50,667 nt of DNA, taken from NCBI GenBank assembly GCA_001938485.1, contig MQRK01224578.1:1-50667 (forward strand). The letters are read 5' to 3'. Below are positions 25,417 through 39,441 of the stretch, in pieces. Position 1 is the stretch's first letter; each line of letters begins with the position of its first letter. The stretch is from Girardia tigrina. Lineage: Eukaryota. Under the pieces are notes generated by a model. It did not search any database, had not been told where the DNA came from, and saw nothing but the letters and a program-made list of their open reading frames with translations. Position numbers and translations under genes: made by a program.

Positions 25417-28060
25417 CAGTGGCGGTATGCTGACGAAAAATTTGGGGGCCCGAAAACCTATATAGATCAAAATTTATTGAATATTGATAGTAACCAAATT
25501 TTTGCTACAATTGTTCCGTGTTTTTGTCAATATTAGCCATAGATAAATATCATAACACACATGCTTTAAACAAACGAAATACATTTATTTCAAATATTAA
25601 AAACATTTCTCCTTAACTAAATAATAAAAGTAAATTTCAACGTCTATCTTCAAAGTTATTTCACAAATGTGTTGCTGCAGGTCTTCTTGGCACGATTTGA
25701 TTCCACCGCAATAACCATTAAATCTGAAAGTTGGTCTTTTGTCATAACTGTACAAAAGTAATTCTTCACTAATTCGAGTGCAGAGAAAGACCGCTCACAG
25801 GACGCTGAGGTGACCGGCAATGTAAGCACCAGACAATAAAGTTGAGCCAGATGGGGATACGTTGTGGTAAAGCCACGATTAACCATTGCGGAGGAATACA
25901 GGAAGGATGTTACCCTTCTCATATATCTCCCGTGAGAACAACCGATACTCAGTCCGAGCATTGGAAGCATTCACGTCCTCTCGGTAAAAGACAACAAAGT
26001 GTCTAGTTGGTTTAGATGAGCTATGTTTGGAGAACCTAAGCATTCAAGGCATTACAACAAGGGAAGAACATTTGTATCAAAGTGGATTTCCAGTACTGAC
26101 AACAACAGGTCAATAGTTCCATAGAAAAAGTAACATCTGTATCTCTCTCGACCAGTGAGTAACACCTGATGTGAGTAACAGATAGATACATAGAATGTAT
26201 AATATAATATTGATATTTATTCTATTATCTATGAATTACATTGATCATCAATTCGCTTGGATATTTTTCGTTGCCATGATTCCTCATATTGAACTTCGAT
26301 GGTATCAGCAATTTGTTCGGCTTTTGTGCACATAAGATCAAAAGCCTTTTCAGAACGTTGCTCTTTGATTGCACTAATCAGTGAGTTTAATTAAGATGAC
26401 ACTGCGGATATATTGGTGTCTTTTCTTTGTAGATCCTTAGAAAGAATATTAAAGAGCTCTAAGAATTCACTCATGACTGTGAGACAGAGGCAAAATTCAA
26501 AATCAATAGCCTTTAAGAGGGATGATGCATCACCGGCTATATTGCGATCAAACGAAGCATCCAGAGTGACGTTTTTTATTGAAGCAACTTTTACGGGAAG
26601 TGTTTTCAATTGAACACACCACAGTTGTCTGAAAAGCTGCTTCATTGCGTTGTACTTAAAAATCGAAGAGTATGACAACCGTATGTCGGAGTGACTGTGT
26701 CCTGTGAACTTATCAAGTTGTCAAAAATACCATGATGATTTGTGGAACATTCTGTAAAACGATAAAGTTTTTGCACACTCCAAAGAAATTCCTCATCGTA
26801 ACATTTTCATAGCACACGTCAACGAAAATCAAATTTAAACGATGTGAAAAACAATGAACAAAGTATGCTGAAGAAGAAATGTTGCGAACTCTTGCTTGTA
26901 CATCAGTATACTGGCCTCTCATGGTGGAACAGCCATTGTCCGCTAATACTTGTCATAGATAATGTTCGCCGAACTTAAGAATGTGTGATACACATCGAGA
27001 GAGAGAGAGAGACATACTAATCTTAGCGGCCAATGCGTATCAAGAATTGGTGACCATCTAAATCAAAATTGTTCAATAAACGGATCTTGATGGACTTATC
27101 CTTAAATCGTCGACAATCGTTAATTTCAATGGATTCAAAACTAAAGCAGCGTTTGAGCGTGAAATGACCGAAGAAGTTTGATATTCTGCTCAGGTTTTCC
27201 AATTTCAATGCAAATATCGAACTTAAGCATAAATATTTCACTGCGCATACGAATGACTTTGAATTTTAAATGTTTTTTTGTGTTTTTATTTTGTTCGTTG
27301 TATTGTGTTATTTGGGTGGTTGTGCTGGCTGCAACTGTCCAAGAGCACCGAGAGAGCCAACAACAGTGAACCAAATGGCCGAGGAGCAGAAAATCTATCG
27401 AGAGAGATACATTTAAGTTCCTCCCGACCCGAAGTCCGCCATCCAGCGCCGGAGTATTGCAATCATGCTAGCGCTGCTCATGCTCTGTTATCAGATAATT
27501 CGTGGCTTTTGAGAACAGCGCTCAGCTCATCTAATATATTAAGTCATCCAATATAAAAATGTTGATCTTTCTTACTAAGATCAGGCAAAGTATCCTAACA
27601 TATGGCAAAATACTTTGCAAGCCTCCCTTTAGAGGCTACATCAGCCTTCAGCAACTGACCAAGAGTTTCAATCATCTCATTGTGCGATTTGGAGGATGTA
27701 TAGCTTGGCTAACCAAATGGATTTGAAGCTGAGTGTTTCAAATGACTTTCCAGTCTTTCATTCCATCTCCAATTAACTCCGTAATTTCAAGAAAAACTCC
27801 CCTGTGACTTGTACTTTCTTTTTCATAGTCCCCCCTAGAAGGAAACTTCAATATTGTAATGGTATTAGTTATATCAAACAAAAGTGGTAGAATATCGTGT
27901 CGTTGCCGGCATTCTTTATTTCCCAGTTGTAACAATCGCTTCCCCTCGTCAGCTAATTGGGCATCATCTGATGAAATGTTCTTGAAATCGGTCCAACGCT
28001 GCATGCTAAAAAAATGTTGATCGCTATTTGCATGCTTGCCGAATCGTCGACCTGACCCAA
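25417..28060 (-). mobile_element. Decayed hAT (Tip100/ZMYM1-like) transposon, 5' truncated, interrupted at about 27015-27555
   Basis: RGDYEKESTSHRGVFLE, FVHCFSHRLNL, TLPVTSASCERSFSAL (hAT dimerisation domain); TIR CAGTGGCGG at about 25417. Confidence 0.88.
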
Positions 28061-28663
28061 GGCCTGACTCAACTTTGTCTCTGATCCATCAAAAATCTTC
28101 AAACCTCTAATGTTCGGAATCACGTGGTGGTGTGTCGCCATATTAAGAACACCAACATGGGTTTTCGAACTTTTATTTTCAATACAATTAGAATTGTCTT
28201 TTGGACAACTCTCAGCAAAGCTTTCGTAATTCGACATCGTTCTAAATTGATAAATTTTAGTTAATGTTTTTTAATAAATAATTATTCGAACAAATTTTTC
28301 GTTATTTTCAGATTTTATTTTTAAAGTTCAAATTTTGTAATTTTAGTAATAATTTTATCTACATATTAATTTTATTTAAAAAATGATTTTTTTTAAAGAA
28401 AGAACATTTATTTAATTTAAAACTTAGTTAAAAGCTATTTACTTTATTTAAATTTTTAATATGAAAATTTGAAATGATTTGATATTTTCAAAGTTTTTTT
28501 TTAAATATCTTATGCTGTACTCTAAAATGCAAATTATACTCGAATAAAAATTCATCATGAACATCCAAAATATAAATTTTCCATCTGGGTGGGAGAAACA
28601 CATTTCCAAATACTAAACTCAACATACAAATTTCAACATACCAAATTTAAAATATTCCTCAAA
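28060..28663 (-). mobile_element. 5' LTR (28141-28663), PBS and start of gag, TGTGAG family
   Basis: PBS TGGCGACAC at 28140-28132; ORF from 28237 reads across the LTR end. Confidence 0.85.
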
Positions 28664-28689
28664 AACAATAAAATATTCCTATTGGCTTG

Positions 28690-29520
28690 CTGCATAAAGA
28701 AATGATGCACATTCGACTCAACAAGAACATATTTGTATAGAAAAAAAGACTCACATTTATGAATGAGACATCTAAATAGTCTGCTATGAAACCATGAGCT
28801 GAGCTACACATTGATTAAACCAAGACAAACAAAATGAATACTTAGTAATTGGAGACTGTGACCCTGGATGGATTAAAACTTTGAACTTCACTAAGAAGAC
28901 AATAGAAACAATGATCTGCCCAGGAAAATATTTTCAAGATTCGGAGTTCCCTTCATCGTGGTTTCAGATGAGGGAACAGAATTAACCTCAGACAGATTGC
29001 AGAATTGGACAAGAAACCAATGATTTCAGCAAATTCACAACTTGGTCTTCCACCGATTAGCAAATGGGAGAGTCGAACGTACTGTACAAATAATCAAGAA
29101 AGCTGTGGCATCTTTGGTCGAACTAATTATCTCGTTAGACTTCCACTAAATTTGAAGAACACAATCAACAGTACCACCAGAAAGAGTCTACCTCAATGGA
29201 ATATTAGAAGAATACTCCAATACCTGATTGTTTGAAAGTTCGATACGTACGAGATAGTACAATGTATTGCTGAATATCCAGGAAAGCCCAGTAACATGGC
29301 GATTCATCATCCATCATGAATGCGGTGCGGCATGGATAAGGAAAGAAGGAAAGATGCAGCTAGCTTAAAATTCTTATCTGTCTCTGATTATAAATGCAGA
29401 AGCGTCGTGTGAATTAAAAGAAGACGTCACAATTCATGGTCTCAAAACTAAAAACGATAATGTAGAAGAGAACATGAGTCTATTACTTTGGTAAAATATT
29501 AAAAAACCAAGCGGAACGAT
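28690..29520 (+). mobile_element. Decayed Gypsy integrase fragment
   Basis: IFSRFGVPFIVVSDEGTELT and P.SNGRVER in broken frames. Confidence 0.6.
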
Positions 29521-29629
29521 TAGTCAAACACCAAACTTTAAATGATAGAGGTATAATATATGGCATTATTAATTGTTTTTTAATTAATATTATCAATTAT
29601 TAAATAAAAGTAATCGTCACTTGTATTAC

Positions 29630-29863
29630 CTAGGTGAAACATTTACTTCAAGTATCCATGGCTTAAGATTTTCGTCTAATATCACATCGAATCCGAACAA
29701 TTCTTGGACTGAATATGATGTTTTACAATAAACGTTTACTGAAGCATTTATTGCTTCTTCTGCCGAAATAATTGTTTTAACCACTAAATCCTTTATTTTG
29801 GACCACACAGTATCTGTGTTAACCCCGCGTCTTTTTAAATACTTCCATAAAGACTTAACTGAC
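29630..29863 (-). CDS. TTLL4: TTLL4-like exon h
   Basis: SVKSLWKYLKRRGVNTDTVWSKIKDLVVKTIIS...ELFGFDVILDENLKPWILEVNVSP(S), with the catalytic ELFGFD and LEVN motifs; 49-nt upstream intron. Confidence 0.95.
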
Positions 29864-29912
29864 CTAAAACAATCAAATAATTATATTAACAATTAGATTA
29901 ACCAATGACAAC

Positions 29913-30035
29913 CATTTATGGCCTTTACAAGATTCGGTATCATTATTATCCATGTATTCGATATTTTGTTTGTTAATGGAGTAATTTGTAAGGTGCACAA
30001 ATCGATTATGAAGGGTTTTCACTGAGTTTGAATAC
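29913..30035 (-). CDS. TTLL4: TTLL4-like exon g
   Basis: YSNSVKTLHNRFVHLTNYSINKQNIEYMDNNDTESCKGHK(W), with the HLTNYS motif; the donor GTTGTC is weak but required by frame. Confidence 0.92.
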
Positions 30036-30802
30036 CTAAATCACAGTACATATTAAATGGCATGCAGTTTACATATGAGTAAAATAATTTTATATACTTT
30101 TTAGAATTTTAAACACTGACATAACAAATACACCAATGTTTATTTTATTTAAAAGTTTTAAGTTGGATTACTATTGCTCATTTAAGTCAAAAGTCATCGA
30201 TTTTAGAAAATACTTTCAAATGCAATATTCAATAAACGTGGCAATGTATCTATTGCATTTATATTCATTAACAATTTAAAAACATGGTGTTAAAACTGTA
30301 AAAAATATACTAATGAGCATATTCGGAATTTTATGATATCTTGATATACTTCAAGATATCTTGATTTACTTCATCATGCTTTTCCCACTGCAATCTCTTA
30401 AAACTGATTTAAGTATAAAGTTGAAAAAAAAGTTAAATAAAAATTTACAAGAATTTTAATATATAATAATATTAATAATATAATAATGATTTTTTAATTT
30501 GTGAATAATTGATTCCAGTTGTCCAGGGAGGGATATCAAGCAACATACGTTAAACGTACTATAAACACATTCACACATTAATCAAACATTCAAGTATCAT
30601 TCATATATCATTACAAATGTAACATAAAGTTCAGCGGGAAGAACGAAAATATGTTAGTGCACAAATAATTTAGAAGACAAATTTACAAAGATCCATCATT
30701 TCGGCAAACGATTGTGCACACGAGGTGTTAGTTAATTTGCATTTAACTGATTAAGATTTACAAAATTTTAAACTTAATTGGATTTACAAAATATCAAATC
30801 TA

Positions 30803-32082
30803 TTGGGTTGGCCAAAGTCATTGCGTTTTTTACTAAAATATTTATTATCAATAAATGACATGCATGCACAAATATTTTTACACGATATACTGTCCATTAT
30901 TTTCAATCACTTTCTTCCACCTTTCCGGTAGCTTCATTATTCCTGATTCATAAAAACCTTTGCCTTTGTCAGCAAAAAAGCCGTCTAGGAACGATTTGAT
31001 GCCATCATCACTCGCGAATGTTTTTCTGTTTAAGGAATTCTGCAGTAATCTAAATAAGGGAAAATCCGATGAGGCCAAGTCTGGATAATACGGTGGGTGC
31101 GGCAAAACCTCCCAACCCACTGATAAGAGTTTCTGGCGAGTGGTCAAACTTATATGCGGTCTTGCGTTATCATGCTGAATTACAACTCCTTTTCGATTTG
31201 CCAATTCAGGACGTTCCTGTTGAATTGAATGAGCCAATTTCTCCAGCTGACCACAATATCTGTCTGAATTGATGGTTTCATTCCTCGGAAGGAGTTCAAA
31301 AAACACAATTCCTTTAAAATCCCACCAGACAGAAAACATAACCTTCTTTTGGTGAATTTCTGCTTTTGGTATCGTTTTGGCAGGCTCACCAAGTTTTGTC
31401 CATGATCGACGGTTTTCCACATTGTTGTAAACAATTCATTTTTCGTCACCCGTAATCAAGCGCTTCAAAAATGGATCACTTTGTTCTCGCTTCAAAAGAG
31501 AATCGCAAATGTCTATATGTTTCACCAAATGAATTTCTTTCAGTTCATGTGGTAACCACATATCGAGTTTACTGACGAATCCAACTTTCTTGAAATGACT
31601 TCCAACACTTGATTTTGATATTTCCAGAGTCTCTGCAACTTCTCTTGTCGTCATATGTGGATTAAATTTGATTAGTGCTGTTATTTTGTCGCCATCAACT
31701 TCAAGTGGTCGACCGGAGCGTGGTGCATCTTTCACATGAAATTTTTCAGAACGAAATTTAGAAAACCAGTATTGACACTGTCGAAGTTTTAAGGAGTCAC
31801 TACCATATACAAACATATCTTCTTATGAGCTTGCACAGCGGTTTTCCCTTTGCGAAAATAATACAACAAAACATGACGAATATGCTCATTTTGATTTTCC
31901 ATTTCGAATTGACGGTAAAGTAATAAAGTAAAACAAAATCAATTAATATTTTGTATAAACATAGTCTGAAAATTAAGGTTTCAGAATATATAATTGAATT
32001 TAAATTTTATCACATCGTTTTATATTTTCAAGCTTTTTATTAGGACGTACTCAAAAACGCAATGACTTTTTGGCCAACCCAA
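30803..32082 (-). mobile_element. Full-length mariner (DD34D), 1280 bp; transposase 31902-30878 with two frameshifts
   Basis: TIRs TTGGGTTGGCCAAA..GTCATTGCGTTTTT, TA TSD; MENQNEHIRH, WLPHEL, ITGDEK, HDNARPH, YYPDLASSD. Confidence 0.96.
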
Positions 32083-32127
32083 TATACAAAAATCAAATAT
32101 TTTAGATTAAAGTAAAATGAAATATTA

Positions 32128-34066
32128 CTTTAAAACCTCTCTATAAAGTTCCCTCTTTATAAGATGTAATTCTCTATGAGGAACAATATTTTTAAACACC
32201 GTTAAAATAATAAATTTTAAGCCAAAATTCATGTAAAATAAATATATAAATGTAAAAATACAAAGCAATGCAATTATTAAAGCAATGCAATTAGAAAATA
32301 AAATTACATCTTTAGAATTTTTTTTAATTTTTAAATTTTTGATAATATATTAACAATCCCTTTCTATATAATTTTTAAAATTTCAATTGATTCTTTATAA
32401 GAAACTTTAACTTTGTTAAAAATTACACGTCATATAATATATGTAAAAAATATATACCTCTCTATAATGAAAATGCAAAAAAAGAAGCTCAATTACCATT
32501 GGAAATAAACTTGAAATTGTGAACTTGTACAATAAAGGGAAAGACAGGTCGATTATTTGTCAAAAATTTAGTTTAACTAAAGCAAGTTTGTCAAGAGTAA
32601 TAAATTTTACAAAAGAAAAAGCAGCAAAGTTAACAAACACAAATCCTAAGTTCTTCAAAAGCCGAACATCAGAATTTGGATCTAAACTCGATAAATTTCT
32701 CATGGATTTTATACATAAATGTAATGAAATGGCATTCCCGGTAACTGGAAAGCTGATTAAAGCAACAGCGTTGAAATATTTTAGATCAAGAGACATCTTT
32801 TAGTTCTAAGCACATCTAAAGCCTTAAATTGATGACTGCAAAAGTTTCAAGTGAGGTACAATATAACCTCAAAAAAGCTAAAAGGTAAGAGTGGAAGAAC
32901 AGATACCTTTAATGTTGATGAAAGTGGTCTTTTTTGGAAACTTTTTCCAGATAGAACAATGTGCATTAATAACTTTAAAGTAGAAGGCGCAAAAAATTCT
33001 AAAGAACGCCATAGTATTTTATTTGGAGTTAATCAGGTTAAAGAAAAAATGTCACCTTTAATTATCGAAAAAAGTAAAATTCCTTGAGACTTTAAAAATC
33101 GCAATGTCGAGACACTTGGAATACTTTATGATTATAACTCGTCAGCATGGATGACAAAAATCATATTTAAGTGTTATTTTGATATGATAAATCAAAAACT
33201 TATTCTGGAAAAAAAACAGAAAAATTCTTGTAATCCTTAATAATTGCAGTTCTTATATGATTGAGGAACTTTCAAATATCAAATTTGTCTTTCTTTCACC
33301 GAATACAACATCGTTGATTCAACCTTTAGATCGAGGAATTATTAATAACTTTAATCAAAGATACAGGGAGAGTTTTTTAAATACAATATTTAGTTTGTCA
33401 TGTGAAGAAAAGAAAGCAAAACTAGAAATTTTTAATGTGTTCAATGCTCTTGAACATATCGTATTGGCCTGGAATCAGGTATCATATACAACTAACGTTA
33501 ATTGTTTCCAAAAGCTTTTTGGTTATGGAATATTAGAAAATGAATCAACAAGAACGAATTCATTTGAAAACGAAACAGAAAATCTTGTAAGAATTATTTT
33601 AGTAATTTCTTCCACTGCACTAGAGGCAACTCATAAACTATTAAGTGGGTTTATCGAGTGTGATTCGAAAGATAATTTAATGATACTTTATACAAAAGAA
33701 CTTATTGATGATCTATTAACCACAGAAAATGAATGTATAAATAAAAATATTTGCATGACATCGATCAGCTTAAAGTGGAACTTGTTGCTTTAAAAAACGA
33801 GATCAATCTTGATATAGCTACTGAATTTTTCAAAGTAGAAAATATGTTAAACAATGAAATTAATAAACGAATTTTTTAAATAATTTGTTTTTAATTAGTC
33901 TATTTTGTATTTATTTGTTGAATTGAAAATTAAAACAGATTCAATGCATTATTTTTTCTATTATTCATTAATTCAATATAAATTCATTCCCTCTCTATAA
34001 GCAACTGTACTTATAGAGAGGTAGTTTTCTCGGTCCAAAATAATTCCTTATAGAGAGGTTTTACTG
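32128..34066 (+). mobile_element. Full-length decayed pogo/Tigger element
   Basis: TIR ..TAAAACCTCTCTATAA / TTATAGAGAGGTTTTACTG with TA; CENP-B-type HTH (32519-32803); FNVDESGLFWK; FLSPNTTSLIQPLDRGII. Confidence 0.92.
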
Positions 34067-34094
34067 TAGTTTTAAATGAAATTAATAATAATTA

Positions 34095-34263
34095 TTGGGT
34101 TGTTGCATAAGTAATTGATTGAAGTGTTATTATTTTTGCTGTTAAAATTTTATGATTTCATTAAATATATAATTGACTGAGTCATTATTTCGGTTGTTAA
34201 AATTCTTTGATTTCTTTGAAAATAAATGTTTAAAAAACGGCGGGAACTTATGCAGCAACCCAA
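34095..34263. mobile_element. mariner-derived MITE (169 bp)
   Basis: TIRs TTGGGTTGTTGCATAAGT / ACTTATGCAGCAACCCAA, TA TSD. Confidence 0.85.
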
Positions 34264-34667
34264 TATATCCATTATGATCCATTAGCCGCCGGTATCGGTT
34301 GTTTTTGAAAATATGCTATCCTAAGTTTCACTATTCGTAGATATACATTTATTCATTATTCTTGTTTCTAAATATATTTACAATGCATTTAATACAACGT
34401 TTCATCTACAAAATACATAGTACCACGTTGGTACCAGCACTGGTATTAGTTCCCTTAAGAAATGGTTATAATGTTATAAATACATCCAAATATATTGAAA
34501 TAATCTTCCCTACATATAATTTGATCTCTGATTATTTAATCAAGTGTTATGAAAGGATTTGCAATGTATGTGATAAATCAAAGGACGTAAGAAAATTATG
34601 TATTAAAATCTTTAAAGAAAAAATATTGTGTTGAAAATTTTTTTAACTATAAATGATTAAAAATTAC

Positions 34668-34796
34668 TTTGTTGAAGCAAATCGAACTAAGCCGTCATCG
34701 TACAGATAAATTCGTAAAGGATTAATATCTGCTATGAACACGTACAATCGGAGGTCGAATTTGCTGTCATTGATGAGATAAGGATTGGCAATATAC
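34668..34796 (-). CDS. TTLL4: TTLL4-like exon f
   Basis: YIANPYLINDSKFDLRLYVFIADINPLRIYLYDDGLVRFAST(K), with the KFDLR and GLVRFA TTL motifs; AG/GT ends. Confidence 0.95.
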
Positions 34797-36640
34797 CTAC
34801 AAAAATAACGACGTTACACCGACTAATAATTCTTGAATAAAACTTTCATTTAGCACATATTCTAAATTGCATTGCTTAGAAATTTTAATTAAAAATAATT
34901 AATTAATTTAGAAATTCTATAATCTTAGATATTCCTTGAGATTCTGATTAATAAACATCAGAATCGCATATACTTCTCTCAAAAATGTACATTTCATTGA
35001 ACAAGCCCTTAATTCCAGAAATTAAATACATTATTATTTTCAAATTAGAAACTTTTAATTAAGTTTATTTATCATATTTTTAAAAAGTCAATAAAATACT
35101 ACTTATTATTGATAGTAGTTTATTTTATGTGTTAATCATTGACAATTTAACTGCATCAATTCGAATTCTGCATTCACTTAGTGGTTTCCACTAATAACAT
35201 TTTCATTAAATATAGAAAAATTAAAAAATCATTTTAAATAATTTTAATTGGTTTATGTAATCAAATGTAAAGAGTAATATTTATCAAAAATGGTAACTTT
35301 GTTCGTGTTATTAAAGCTAGTTGCGATGACAATTTGAAATGTGGTTGGTCGAGAAAATTCGAATGGTTGATCGAACCTAGGCTTTTAAAATGAATTATAT
35401 AAGTTTACAGTTAGAAATTTTAATAAATTCAAATGAAATAAAATTTCTTAAGTTTAAGTAATCTTGAGAAAATCTCATCGTTGTAATGAATTTTCTGGAT
35501 ATGAATATATATATTGTTAATTTATTGTTAAAAAGATTGTTGTTAAAATTAAATGTGGAAAAACGAATCTCCGCACAATTTTTTAAATAACGACATTGCC
35601 ACATGATATATGTCGCAATATGTTAAATGGGGATCAAGTTCGAGTGGAAAACAAAAGAGAAAGAGAAACGGCCCTCGTAAAGACCATAATTATCGCTTGC
35701 TCAAAAAATACGGAACAGTAGTATTTAAAAATTCTAATAATAATTTTTGATATTCTTAACTTCTCTTATGAAGATGAATCACTTGGCCAATTTCTAGAAG
35801 TTCCTTGGCAAGACTAAACACTACGTTAATGAATTAATGATAGTGGTCATTTTTAGGATCCTAGTTATACTCCAAAGGTAAGCATCGCTACACCGGGAAT
35901 GAATTAATGCCAAGACTATCAGACATAGTAATTTTGATTACGAATTTAGAAATATATTTCGAAAAACTGAAACAATTATCATTAAAAGCATACAGAGTTG
36001 TGGATTAACTTTATCGATTACCTATTTGAAATAAGTAAACCAGACGAAATTAAAAAAATATATTTTAAGTATTAAAAAGTTATACAACTTTAGGAATATT
36101 ATTTAAAATTTCATTAATGTTTTTAAATAAATAGAAAATATTTTTCAATCTATTGCAAATAAGATTACCATAAAAACAATAACAATTTTCTTCACGTAAC
36201 TAAAAAGTAAACATCAACAAAACCATAAATTAAAAAAGATAAATCAATAAATTGCTTTTATTTTCTTTAAATAAATATTTGCATCAGAGAAGATGAAAGA
36301 AGTTGGAATTTTTATAAAAGATAAAATGTTTATATTAAATTATTTCTTGAAATAAATGAGTTAATCAAAGTTTTTATCTTTCAACATTATAGATAATTCT
36401 TTAATAGTTTAATTATTTAAATACATTGTCATTATTGAATTATATTTCCTGTAAGTTAGTTAATCAGTTTTCCAGCAGGAGATTTAAGAAAACACTTATG
36501 AAAACCTAAATACAAATTAACACAGAGATTTTTCATTATTATTATTAGCATGAACTCCATGAAGAAGACGAAAGAGAAACGGTTAGACCGAAAACATTAA
36601 AATTGTATGAATTATACCATTGAACTTAGAGTATATCTTG

Positions 36641-38932
36641 TGTGGTGTTCAAAAAAATCAATAAAAATAAAAATTCAACAAATTAAATGAATAAACAAAA
36701 ATTAATGTTTTTGTTTTACTAAACAAAGTGGCAAACAAATTCAAAAAATTAAGAAATATGAATCCACCACGAACAAAAGCAAAACCACAGCCAGTAACTT
36801 GAGCAAACACAACCTACAGGTAAAACTGCAGAAATGCCACTTTTTTCCGACAAGTTGAATTCCTGGGTCACGTATTATCCGACAAAGGCGTACTACCACT
36901 GGAGAGCCGTGTCAAAGCTATCAGAGATTTTCCCCGACCAGTAACAGTCACGGCACTGGAAGCTTCTTTGGGATGATAAATTTCTGTAGACGGTTCATAC
37001 CGCACATTTCCGACATACTGGCAACCCTTACGGTCCTTTCTTCCGGACCAAAACGCTCACAAATCACCTGGACAACCGAGTCAGAACAGGCGTTTTGTCG
37101 AGCCAAAGACGCCTTACAAAAAATCAAATCCCGTCATTTCCCGGACAACAACTTACCACTCACATTGACAACGGACGCCTCCAACACGGCAATAGGCGCA
37201 GTCTTGATGCAGGTCCGCAATACGCATTCCGAACCCATAGAATTCTTTTCTCACAAACTGTCACCGGCTCAGACAAGATATTCCGCCTTCGATCGGGAAC
37301 TGTTAGGCCTTTACATGTCGGTCAAATATTTCGAACATTTCTTGATCGTCAAACCGGCAGTCGTTTACACGGACCACAAACCGCTCCTGCATTATCTGAC
37401 CATGAAATGTCCTTCCCCGCGGCAACAACATCACATGAGTTATCTGTCACAATTTAACATCGAATTACGCTATATCAGAGGAGCTGAAAACGTTGTCGCA
37501 GACTGTTTGTCCCGCGCAGACATAGCCAGTCTTGATTTCGAACCCCTCCTTACCACTGAGACCCTACCACAACACACACCCACCCAAAAAGATCTCAGTT
37601 TTTTCTCCAATCCACCGGTCTCCAAAGGGAACATATTCTTTGACACTTCGCTCACTGGATCCATCCGACCGATACTTGGACAAGAGCTACGCGCACAAGC
37701 TTTCCAAGCCGTTCATAACGTCGCTCACTCCGGCAGGAAAGCAACTTACGAGTTGTTACGAACTAAAGTCATTTGGCCACAGATGCGGAAAGACATCACA
37801 CTATGGTGTCGGCCTTGCTTCGACTGTCAACGGGGCAAGGTCACCCGGCACACGAAACCACCGACCATAGCCTTTCCTACTGGCAGCAGGTTCGACACAA
37901 TTCATATGGACCTGGTCGGCCCACTTCCTCTGTCAAAAGGATTTTCTTACTTGTTCACAATAATTGACAAAAACACACGCTGGCCTGAAGCGTTCCCTCT
38001 CAAAACAACCGCCACTGAGACCATAGCAGACATATTGATGAACCACTGGATATCCAGATTTGGCATTCCCAAGCGGATCATTACCGACCAGGGTCGGCAA
38101 TTGAATCTGCACTTCTTACGGATTTAACCAAAAGACTGGGTACCTAAAAGGTGAGGACAACAGCTTACCACCCCCAAACCAACGGTCTCGTGAAACGCTT
38201 CCACAGGACAATGAAAAACTCGTTCAGAGCGCTAGACCAAACCACAGCCTGGGCAGACCAATTACCTTTCGTCCTTCTTGCTTGGTGTAACATACCCGAC
38301 GGCAAACACGGGACTTCGCCAGCACAACTGCTTTTCGGGTCAAACACGTCCTTCGTAAACGAACTGTTTTTTAACGAAGCCCCCCGGAACAACAGCCAAC
38401 TGGTGGCAGCTCGGACGCTCTTCATGGAAACCAACAGAACGCCACAACATCACGACACACATAAGATTTTCGTTCCCAAAGACCTAGCAACTGCGAAATT
38501 CGTCTGCCTGCAGAAAGAAACCACATCTTTAGAATGTCGTTACACTGGGCCACACAGACTCATCTCCATCGACTCAAGCAACAACACAGCAAGAAATACC
38601 CTCCACGGTGCAGAACGCACCGTCAACGTATGTAAACTTAAACCCTGCATACACTTCTAGGATTATACACCCGGTAACAACGATACAGCACCAAACAACA
38701 ACAGTCTGCCAGATACCGGTGATCACACATGCACAGCCCCACAACATCCACAGACGTTACACCAAGCCAACGGAATCAATCCATACCAACACAGTCAACG
38801 AGGACCACACTACTCCGATCTAGACGTCGTCCAGCACGCTACAGAGAACAAACCCAAACACTTACATAGCACACATAACACTGAAAAATCATCATCCGTA
38901 CTATACCACATTTATTGTATTTTTTTTGTTTT

Positions 38933-38971
<39 letters not shown>

Positions 38972-39441
38972 NNNNNNNNNNNNNNNNNNNNCCCGCCGAT
39001 CGGCAGTCACACTCAGCGACAACTCTCAACACTCTGTGGCATCCACGCCCGTGCTCCACACTTCCTGTGGGGGGCTGATGTGGTGTTCAAAAATAATCAT
39101 TATAAATAAAAATTCAACAAATTAAATGAATAAACAAAAATTCATGTTTTTGTTTTACTAAACAAAGTGACAAACAAATTCAAAAAATAAGAAATATGGA
39201 ATCCACCACGACCAAAAGCAAAAGCACAGCCAGCAACTTTAGGAAACACTCAGTCGTTAAATCAAATATCCCCAAACAATACACGAGTTTTCAATTCAGT
39301 GATCATGCCGATAGATGCCCCTATTTTGCCGATTCGGTTCGTATTCTCATGTCATATATCAATATATTTTACGCTCGTTCTATTTGTTTTTTCTTCCCGT
39401 TCCAACGACGGAAGTTGGTGGTGCAAACTACACACGCCAAA
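36641..39441 (+). mobile_element. Internally deleted Gypsy element (RT end, RNase H, integrase)
   Basis: 5' LTR fragment 36641 to about 36808 fused to RT; 3' LTR 39079-39441 after PPT GTGGGGGGCTGA; TSD TCTTG (36636-36640 and 39442-39446); ORFs 36973-38127 and 38151-38660 (TDASN, HMDLVGPLP, AYHPQTNG). Confidence 0.92.

Noticed and set aside
30480-30620. Weak resemblance to the TGTGAG-family LTR start
   Set aside because: Too diverged; no TSD or clear boundaries
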